Source: an uncultured Bacteroidia bacterium (GTDB taxonomy: Bacteria > Bacteroidota > Bacteroidia > NS11-12g > UBA955). From it: a stretch of DNA of 64,000 bases. The number at the start of each line of letters is the position of its first letter. Within the stretch, counting starts at the first letter, position 1. The notes beneath the pieces were generated by a model. The model did no database searches. It was not told the origin of the DNA and worked only from the letters and a program-made list of their open reading frames with translations. The stretch lies in the NCBI GenBank assembly GCA_938086785.1, contig CALKCM010000003.1, positions 9,930 through 73,929 of the forward strand. The letters run 5' to 3'. Both the position numbers and the translations under genes were made by a program. Shown one piece after another: positions 57,265-64,000 of the stretch.

Positions 57265-59703
57265 ATGCGAAACACCATTAGGAACATGAATTATAAAAAT
57301 TTTATACTCGTTTTACTTGCTCTGCCCATGTCTTTGCTTGCGCAGGATTATCTTATGTTTATTGGGAAATCACCCGCAAGAAATTTCTCGGTAGAGCTCT
57401 ACGGAAAGCAAATTGCCAGCACCGGTAGTTTTAGCAATAAGCTCCGCTTAAAAGACGCCTCTAATATAGACGAGATGGTTTTTACCGGCCCCAATGGAAA
57501 TAAGTACGAAGGGGCGCAAGATGAGTATGCTCCCGGTATTATTTACCTCAGCTCCATCAGCCTAGAATCGGTCATGATTAAAGCGGTAGCCAGTAAAAAC
57601 GCACCCATTGCCCAAAGCAATTTAGACGCCAAAGAAATAGAAGGCTTAAATCTGGGGCAAGACATTCCCATGTTATTAAACATGCAGCCCGGCACCGTGG
57701 TAAGCAGCGATGCGGGAGCGGGCATTGGGTATACGGATGTACGTATAAGAGGAACCGATGGAACTCGAACCAATGTAACCGTAAACGGAGTGCCCATAAA
57801 CGATGCCGAAAGTCAAGGAACCTATTGGGTAAACATGCCCGATTTAGCCAGTTCTGCCCAAAATATTCAGGTGCAAAGAGGAGCAGGAACCAGTACCAAT
57901 GGACCGGGCGCTTTTGGTGCAAGTATTAATGTGCAAACTGCCAGTTCGGATAAAGCCTATGGATACTTTCAAACCAGTGTAGGAAGTTTTAACTCAGTAA
58001 AAAATAGCATTGCAGGCGGTACCGGTTGGATCAATAATAAATGGAACCTAGAAATGCGATTAAGTCAGATTACTAGTGATGGGTTTATTGATCGATCTCC
58101 AGCTAAATTGCAATCCTACATGCTTTCGCTTGGATACCGACACAGCAAAAAAACAAGCATTAAATACTTGAGTTTTGGAGGCAGCGAAAGAACCAACCAA
58201 GCCTGGAACGGAGTGCCCATAGAAAAATTTAGAGACAGCGGACTTACCAATCATTTTAACCGCAATAGAAGTACGTATAAAACCCAGCGAGATTCGGTAA
58301 ACTTGTTTGGCAGCGATGCAGATCGTTATAATTATTATACCTATGAAGATGAGGTGGATGATTATTCCCAATTACACAATCACATCTACCTAAACCATCA
58401 ATTCAATAAAAAGAATCAACTCAATGTAACCCTGTATTCCACCATAGGAAAAGGCTATTTTGAGCAGTTTAAGTTGTACGATAAGATGAGCGACTACGGC
58501 TACGGTCCAACCATTATTGGCACAGACACCATTCGCAACAGCGATGTAATACGCCAGCGTTGGTTAGATAATAGCTTGCTTGGAATAAATGCAAATTACA
58601 CCTATACCAACTATCCCTTAAGTGTTACCGTGGGTGGGGGATACAACAATTACTTAGGCGATCATTACGGTCTTTTAAAGTGGGCCCGCATAATTCCCAA
58701 CGCCTCCTATAACGCCACCTACTACAGCAGTACAGGTTTTAAAATTGATGGAAATGCGTATTCCAAAATAAACTATGTTTTAGGAAAGGGTTTAAATGCC
58801 TTTGCCGATTTACAAATACGCCGAGTTTATCATGAGGGAAGCGGCACAGATAATGATTTGAGAAGAATAAATTTTGCCGTAAACGCCTTGTTTTTTAATC
58901 CAAAGGCCGGCATCTCTTGGCAGGCAAACAAAAACCTTAAAACCTATTACTCCTTTAGTGTGGCCAATAAAGAACCCAGTAGAGGCGATTTTACCGATAA
59001 TAGAACTCCTGTGCGCCCAAAAGCAGAGCGCTTGATAGATCATGAGTTTGGAGTGGAGTACAGCAAAGGAGGATTGCGTTATACCGGTAATTTCTATTAT
59101 ATGGATTACAAAGACCAACTCATACTTACAGGGGCCGTAAACGATGTGGGATCTGCTATTCGTACCAACGTAGCCAGCAGCTACAGAACAGGCTTAGAAA
59201 GCGTGCTAAAGTACTTTTTTAAACCAAACTTGGCCCTAGGAGGGAATATTAGCATTAGTCAAAATAAAATTAAAGAATTTGATAATATATTTATTGATTA
59301 CAATGATTACAGCGAGGTAAAAGAGACGTTAAAGAACAAGTCTATTGCACTATCGCCAGACATGGTAGCAGCCTTACAATTGGTATACAACCCAATTCCA
59401 TCCGTTCAACTTAGCTACAACCACAAATTTGTGAGCAAGCAATATTTAGACAATACCGAGAACGAGCGAAGAAGCCTGCCCGCCTTCAACACAGGTCAGT
59501 TTATGGCCAGCTGTGCAATATCCTCCAAAAATTACCGCCGTTTGCTCCTGCAACTGCATGTAAATAATGTGTGGGATGTAACCTACGCATCGCGCGGATA
59601 CACCTTTGGATATTACTATACACCCGGATCGTTTACCGATGAGGTGTATGTGTTTCCTCAAGCTGGCAGAAACATTCAGCTAGGTGTAAAGTTAGAATTT
59701 TAG
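57265..59703 (+). CDS. TonB-dependent receptor (probable thiamine/thiamine-precursor outer membrane transporter, riboswitch-controlled)
   Basis: 812 aa. Signal peptide MNYKNFILVLLALPMSLLAQ, so the true start is probably the ATG at 57286. Plug domain, then a 22-strand barrel with a C-terminal aromatic residue (LGVKLEF). Directly downstream of the TPP riboswitch. Confidence 0.88.
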   Translation: MRNTIRNMNYKNFILVLLALPMSLLAQDYLMFIGKSPARNFSVELYGKQIASTGSFSNKLRLKDASNIDEMVFTGPNGNKYEGAQDEYAPGIIYLSSISLESVMIKAVASKNAPIAQSNLDAKEIEGLNLGQDIPMLLNMQPGTVVSSDAGAGIGYTDVRIRGTDGTRTNVTVNGVPINDAESQGTYWVNMPDLASSAQNIQVQRGAGTSTNGPGAFGASINVQTASSDKAYGYFQTSVGSFNSVKNSIAGGTGWINNKWNLEMRLSQITSDGFIDRSPAKLQSYMLSLGYRHSKKTSIKYLSFGGSERTNQAWNGVPIEKFRDSGLTNHFNRNRSTYKTQRDSVNLFGSDADRYNYYTYEDEVDDYSQLHNHIYLNHQFNKKNQLNVTLYSTIGKGYFEQFKLYDKMSDYGYGPTIIGTDTIRNSDVIRQRWLDNSLLGINANYTYTNYPLSVTVGGGYNNYLGDHYGLLKWARIIPNASYNATYYSSTGFKIDGNAYSKINYVLGKGLNAFADLQIRRVYHEGSGTDNDLRRINFAVNALFFNPKAGISWQANKNLKTYYSFSVANKEPSRGDFTDNRTPVRPKAERLIDHEFGVEYSKGGLRYTGNFYYMDYKDQLILTGAVNDVGSAIRTNVASSYRTGLESVLKYFFKPNLALGGNISISQNKIKEFDNIFIDYNDYSEVKETLKNKSIALSPDMVAALQLVYNPIPSVQLSYNHKFVSKQYLDNTENERRSLPAFNTGQFMASCAISSKNYRRLLLQLHVNNVWDVTYASRGYTFGYYYTPGSFTDEVYVFPQAGRNIQLGVKLEF

Positions 59704-59718
59704 GTTTTTTGTGGGTTC

Positions 59719-60006
59719 TCAGCGAAAAACAGAGGTAATCCAGCGCAAGAAGCTCCTTTTTTTAGGGGCCTTGCTCTTGGAATCACTTATTTGCTCTCCG
59801 TCTTGCGCCAATACCTCAATAGCCAAGGCTTTATCCTCCTCTTGAATCATGAGTTTAATGCCTCCCAAGGCAATATTATACAAGGGGTCTAGTCCAATTA
59901 GGTTCTCATCATGCAAAAAGCATTGTATGCCCACTGCCTCCAGCTTAAACTTAAACAAGTGGGCCTCGTGGGGCGTATTAAATGTTTTTACTAAAAGTAG
60001 TGCCAT
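59719..60006 (-). CDS. DUF2007 domain protein (putative signal-transducing protein)
   Basis: 95 aa. FNTPHEAHLFKFKLEAVGIQCFLHDENLIGLDP matches the small DUF2007 family pattern. Confidence 0.55.
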   Translation of the reverse strand: MALLLVKTFNTPHEAHLFKFKLEAVGIQCFLHDENLIGLDPLYNIALGGIKLMIQEEDKALAIEVLAQDGEQISDSKSKAPKKRSFLRWITSVFR

Positions 60007-60012
60007 GGTTTT

Positions 60013-60639
60013 TTATACTCGGGCTCCTACCGTTCTACAAATTTCACAATTTTGAATCTGATGCCCTCGAGCCATGCAAAACTCTCGGCCGTAAAAAATG
60101 ATTTGCAAATGCAGTTTGTTCCAAGTCTCCTTTGGGAATAGACGTTTTAAATCCTTTTCCGTTTGCACCACATTTTTACCCGAACTTAATTTCCAGCGAT
60201 AGGCCAGTCTTTGGATATGTGTATCTACCGGGAAGGCAGGGAATCCAAAGGCTTGGCTCATAACCACCGAGGCTGTCTTATGGCCAACGGCTGGCAAAGC
60301 TTCCAAGTCCTCAAAACTTTGAGGTACTTGCCCTTCATGCTTATCCAAAAGGATATGACTCAAGCCATAAATGCCCTTCGATTTCATGGGACTTAGCCCA
60401 CAGGGGCGTATAATATCTTGAATTTCCTCCTGGCTCATTTTTATCATATCCCTAGGATTATCGGCTCTTTCAAATAGGAGAGGAGTAATGGTATTTACGC
60501 GAGCATCTGTACATTGAGCGCTCAATAGCACCGCAATAAGCAAAGTATACGGATCTTTATGGTCCAAAGGAATGGGAACTTGCGGATACAGTTCTTCTAG
60601 TTTCTCTGCGATATAATGTACTCTTTCTTTCTTGTTCAT
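60013..60639 (-). CDS. nth: endonuclease III
   Basis: 208 aa. HhH-GPD motif (LEALPAVGHKTASVVMSQAFG), catalytic Lys/Asp region, LLSAQCTDARVN N-terminal helix and a C-terminal Cys cluster. Confidence 0.88.
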   Translation of the reverse strand: MNKKERVHYIAEKLEELYPQVPIPLDHKDPYTLLIAVLLSAQCTDARVNTITPLLFERADNPRDMIKMSQEEIQDIIRPCGLSPMKSKGIYGLSHILLDKHEGQVPQSFEDLEALPAVGHKTASVVMSQAFGFPAFPVDTHIQRLAYRWKLSSGKNVVQTEKDLKRLFPKETWNKLHLQIIFYGREFCMARGHQIQNCEICRTVGARV

Positions 60640-60640
60640 A

Positions 60641-61600
60641 CTAAAAAAATAGATAACTTAGTTCTTTTTGAATGGGATGCAATTCAGATTTTTGAATGAG
60701 CGTAGATATGCGATCAAACCTCCAAGAGCCTAATATTTGTTGACACAAGTCACTAAATTTAAGCGTTTCTCCATCTCCAATTTCTAGTTCCTCAATGTTC
60801 CCATTCTTAATGGTGGCATTTAAGGAATAGGTCAATCCTTTAAATGTAAAATGCCTTTTAATGCGATGTTTGGGAGAGTAATCCCAAACCCAATCCAACT
60901 GGCTAAATTTCTCGTCTCTTAAGGTTTGTATTTCCTTTTGTTCTTGGCTCTCCATTTCTCGAGCCTGGTAGCCTAAACCAATAAAATAGCTTTGCATGGC
61001 CTGCATCATTTGTGCAGGGTTTGTCCATGGATTGGCGTATTCAGAAATATTTGTCACCACGCTGCGAACGCTGTTCACGCCTCTGTGCTCCAGGCCTTCT
61101 TTAGGTTTTATGGCAATGCCTAATTTCTTTAAATCTGAATTGAATAACAAGGTGCCGTGATGCAAGACTCGTTTTTCTTTTAAAAACACATGCTGCGCAT
61201 TGCCGCTTATTTTTTTGTTATCAATCATTAAATCATGCCTTGGGCTATAGTGAACGGGAATAGCTAAGGCATTAAAAAAAGCTTTTACCGGATCCAAGAA
61301 ACGTTTATAATCAATGGTATTCTCCACCTTTCCCGAGTGGTTTTGAATGAAGGTAAAGCAAACATTTCCTTCATCATGAAAAACGGTTCCACCTCCTGTT
61401 AACCTTCGTGCAATATGAATGTTATTTTGTTGGCAGTATTCAAAATTGACCTCTGCCGCTGTGTTTTGGTGTTTGCCACAGACCACGGTATTATGGCTTT
61501 GCCAGAGCAAGACCACATCCTCCTTGCAATGGTGAAGGAAATAGGCTTCTGTAGCCAAATGGCTATAAATATCGGTTCCTGAGAGTGTGTAAATTCTCAA
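60641..61600 (-). CDS. lplA: lipoate-protein ligase A
   Basis: 319 aa. BPL/LPL catalytic domain (ARRLTGGGTVFHDEGNVCFTF, KISGNAQH) plus a C-terminal accessory domain. Confidence 0.82.
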   Translation of the reverse strand: MRIYTLSGTDIYSHLATEAYFLHHCKEDVVLLWQSHNTVVCGKHQNTAAEVNFEYCQQNNIHIARRLTGGGTVFHDEGNVCFTFIQNHSGKVENTIDYKRFLDPVKAFFNALAIPVHYSPRHDLMIDNKKISGNAQHVFLKEKRVLHHGTLLFNSDLKKLGIAIKPKEGLEHRGVNSVRSVVTNISEYANPWTNPAQMMQAMQSYFIGLGYQAREMESQEQKEIQTLRDEKFSQLDWVWDYSPKHRIKRHFTFKGLTYSLNATIKNGNIEELEIGDGETLKFSDLCQQILGSWRFDRISTLIQKSELHPIQKELSYLFF

Positions 61601-61602
61601 TA

Positions 61603-62349
61603 TTAGTCAAATTTTTTGCGTTTAAGAACAAAATTCTTGCCCAGGTACACTTTACGCACCAGTTCGTCTCCCGCCAAATCTTCGGCCGTTCCTTGCTTAA
61701 GTAATTTACCCTCGAAAAGAAGGTAGGCTCTATCGGTTATGCTCAAGGTTTCTTGCACATTGTGATCGGTAATTAGTACGCCAATATTACGGGTTTTAAG
61801 CTTTGCCACAATGGCTTGTATGTCTTCTACCGCAATGGGGTCCACTCCTGCAAAGGGTTCATCGAGTAAAATAAAGTTGGGTTCTGTAGCTAATGCACGC
61901 GCAATTTCTACTCTTCTTCGCTCTCCACCACTTAGCACCTTGCCCATATTGGTTCGCACTCTGTTGAGTCCAAACTCCTCTAAAAGTGATTCTAGCTTTT
62001 CTTTTTGTTCTTTTTTCGAAAGCTTGGTCATTTCTAAAATGGCCATCACATTATCTTCCACACTTAAGTCTCTAAAAACAGAAGCTTCTTGCGGCAAATA
62101 ACCCACTCCCAACTGGGCTCTTTTGTACATGGGTAATTTGGTAATTTCCTTGCCATCGAGGTAAACGGTTCCTCCGTCTGGTTTTACCAAACCAACAATC
62201 ATATAAAAATTGGTTGTTTTACCTGCACCGTTAGGCCCAAGTAAGCCCACAATTTCTCCCTGATTTACTTCAACACTTACCCCATTAACCACATTTTTAG
62301 AGCCATAGGTTTTAATAAGGTTGTTGGATTGTAGTTTCATTAATGGCAA
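61603..62349 (-). CDS. lptB: LPS export ABC transporter ATP-binding protein LptB
   Basis: 248 aa. Walker [10 protein letters not shown], signature [15 protein letters not shown], Walker [13 protein letters not shown]. Size and C-terminal tail typical of LptB. Confidence 0.88.
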   Translation of the reverse strand: MPLMKLQSNNLIKTYGSKNVVNGVSVEVNQGEIVGLLGPNGAGKTTNFYMIVGLVKPDGGTVYLDGKEITKLPMYKRAQLGVGYLPQEASVFRDLSVEDNVMAILEMTKLSKKEQKEKLESLLEEFGLNRVRTNMGKVLSGGERRRVEIARALATEPNFILLDEPFAGVDPIAVEDIQAIVAKLKTRNIGVLITDHNVQETLSITDRAYLLFEGKLLKQGTAEDLAGDELVRKVYLGKNFVLKRKKFD

Positions 62350-62513
62350 AGTTAACGATTTCGAGTTTTGAATGGAAGAATTAAACCATTTCTCCCATAC
62401 TTTAGCCTATAAATATCCTACTTTTGAACCAAGATAGGAGGCTCATGCTCAAACAAACCCTAATTTAGGGGATTGATGTTTGGGCTCAACCCCAATCATA
62501 AATAGAAAAACGT

Positions 62514-63629
62514 ATGTCAAAACCAAAAGTATGCCAAGTAAGTTCAGTGCATTTTGCCTTGGATACGCGCATATTTTACCGTTTGGCTCAATCCTTAAAA
62601 AAAGAGTACGAGGTTTCTGTAATAGGTGTACATTCCAAGGAGGAAGTAGTTGATGGCGTTCGCATTATCCCTTTTAAGCGATTTAACAATAAAATGCTTC
62701 GGGTGCTTGTTGCCTGGTTGCTTATTCTTACAAAATGCCTCAAACAAAAAGCCGATATCTACCAAATTCATGATCCCGAATTATTGCCTACTGCCTTGCT
62801 TTTAAAACTGTTTGGAAAGCGGGTTGTGTATGATGTGCATGAAAACTATGCCGAAGATATTTTTGATAAGCCATGGATTAAATACAAGAATATATTGTAC
62901 CAGATTTTCAATTTTTTTGAGAAAAAAGTAGCCGCTAAATGTCCTGTTTTTATAACCGAAGATTCTTATTTGCCACGGTACGAAAGTATGGCAGGCCAAG
63001 TGTATTTGGTACACAATTATCCAAATGCTCCTTTTTTTGAAGCCTATAAAAACGAGACACGAAGAGGCGAAATACGCTTGTTTTACAGCGGTATTCTGCT
63101 GTTCTCTCGTTCAATTATGGATATTATTGAAGCCATGCACCTGCTGCAGCAGCAGGCTATTTTTGTTCATTTTGATGTAGTAGGCGAGCTGTATACCGAT
63201 ATGGATGAGGCCATTGATGCCTTGCCCTACTCAAAAGCACTTAAGCCATACCTTCATTTTTATGGCCGTTTGCCCCTGTCTGAGAGTTATGAAATTAGCA
63301 AAAAAGCCCATGTGGGCATGAGTCTTATACATCCCATGAAAAATAGCGTGGAGAGCTATCCAACCAAAATGTTTGAGTATATGTGCATTGGAATGCCGCA
63401 AATTGCCTCTCATTTTCCCTTATACCAATCCGTGGTAGAGGGCCATGAATGTGGCGTATGCTGCGATCCTAAAAATGCCAGCGCCATTGCAGCATGTATT
63501 GCCAACTATGTAGGAAATGATGCCTTGTACCAAGCGCATGCGAAAAACGCCATTGAAAATGCCCATAACTATCGTTGGTCTTCCGAGATGGAGACCGTGA
63601 ATAGCGTGTATAAAGCCTTATTGAAATAA
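62514..63629 (+). CDS. glycosyltransferase family 4 (GT-B fold)
   Basis: 371 aa. C-terminal E-x7-E motif (ESYPTKMFEYMCIGMP) and GT4-like N-terminal domain. Confidence 0.78.
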   Translation: MSKPKVCQVSSVHFALDTRIFYRLAQSLKKEYEVSVIGVHSKEEVVDGVRIIPFKRFNNKMLRVLVAWLLILTKCLKQKADIYQIHDPELLPTALLLKLFGKRVVYDVHENYAEDIFDKPWIKYKNILYQIFNFFEKKVAAKCPVFITEDSYLPRYESMAGQVYLVHNYPNAPFFEAYKNETRRGEIRLFYSGILLFSRSIMDIIEAMHLLQQQAIFVHFDVVGELYTDMDEAIDALPYSKALKPYLHFYGRLPLSESYEISKKAHVGMSLIHPMKNSVESYPTKMFEYMCIGMPQIASHFPLYQSVVEGHECGVCCDPKNASAIAACIANYVGNDALYQAHAKNAIENAHNYRWSSEMETVNSVYKALLK

Positions 63630-63691
63630 GTTGGTCATAATCTTTAAACCCTTCAATTTAATTCTGTTTCTTTCGTTGTATTTTCGTCGCC

Positions 63692-64000
63692 ATGTTTCGA
63701 GTAGGAGTCTTTCTATTATTTATCCTTAGTTTATTTTCTTGCCGTCCCGAGAAATTTTTTAAGGGAAGCACCGCTCTGCAATTTTCAGAATGGGACAACT
63801 ATTCTCTCGATACACTGACCTTTGATACTGTTTTTACTTTGGAGCCAGGGACAAATAATCCCATCTCTGTAACGCAAAAATTTTGGGTAAAAAACAATGA
63901 AAAAGCAACAGTAGAGGCCGATTTCGAGCTGATTGGAGGAAGCAATTCGCCCTTTAGATTTAGCATTAATGGAAAAGCGGGTCCTTATATACGTGGGGTA
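63692..64000 (+). CDS. hypothetical lipoprotein, 3' partial (continues past window end)
   Basis: ATG at 63692. MFRVGVFLLFILSLFSCRPEKFF... has a signal peptide and lipobox Cys. Open to the end of the window. Confidence 0.4.
   Translation, partial: MFRVGVFLLFILSLFSCRPEKFFKGSTALQFSEWDNYSLDTLTFDTVFTLEPGTNNPISVTQKFWVKNNEKATVEADFELIGGSNSPFRFSINGKAGPYIRGV

Noticed and set aside
57543-57922. Two minus-strand ORFs (84 and 114 aa) inside the TonB-dependent receptor gene
   Set aside because: They are antisense to a strongly supported TBDR coding region. The Arg/Leu/Cys-rich composition is typical of spurious reverse-frame ORFs.
1-64000. Search for mobile elements, CRISPR arrays, tRNA/rRNA genes and defence-system hallmarks
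   Set aside because: I found no transposase, integrase, recombinase or phage structural ORFs. There are no direct-repeat arrays and no tRNA-like cloverleaf sequences in the intergenic regions. I saw no restriction-modification, toxin-antitoxin, Cas, Abi, retron or similar signatures. The window looks like core chromosome.

Overview
The window is a 64-kb chromosomal segment from a Bacteroidota genome, probably Flavobacteriia, Cytophagia or Sphingobacteriia. This is inferred from the fused SecDF, several proteins carrying a C-terminal T9SS sorting domain, truncated NuoG and Bacteroidetes-type promoter motifs. GC content appears to be around 40 percent by eye. Gene density is high and almost entirely housekeeping. 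The main loci are: an RND efflux operon (TetR-TolC-MFP-RND); ytxJ, a thioesterase and smpB; uvrA; a sugar transferase; a ZIP transporter; etfBA; a BFN/UVR nuclease; uvrC-murI; an HscA-like Hsp70 translationally coupled to an outer-membrane beta-barrel; mfd; rnhA; a cytochrome c maturation cluster (ccmC-D-E-F); parC-like topoisomerase IV A; an isolated nuoG-nuoH pair; secDF; lysA; rpsT; an M1 aminopeptidase; a TPP-riboswitch-controlled TonB-dependent receptor; and nth-lplA-lptB. I found no transposase, integrase, CRISPR array, tRNA or rRNA. Nothing here resembles a known defence island. The least ordinary features are: (i) an operon pairing a DEDDh-exonuclease/GIY-YIG fusion with an XRE-HTH/S24-peptidase (non-canonical LexA-like) repressor, preceded by a 10-bp inverted repeat; (ii) a hotdog thioesterase whose conserved N-terminus runs in frame through the ytxJ stop codon with no canonical start; (iii) an SDR oxidoreductase with an N-terminal basic and zinc-ribbon extension; (iv) a nuoG-nuoH doublet with no other nuo genes nearby; (v) a candidate small transcript with an intrinsic terminator just upstream of the TPP riboswitch. 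Every functional call comes from reading motifs in the translated ORFs. No database search was run.
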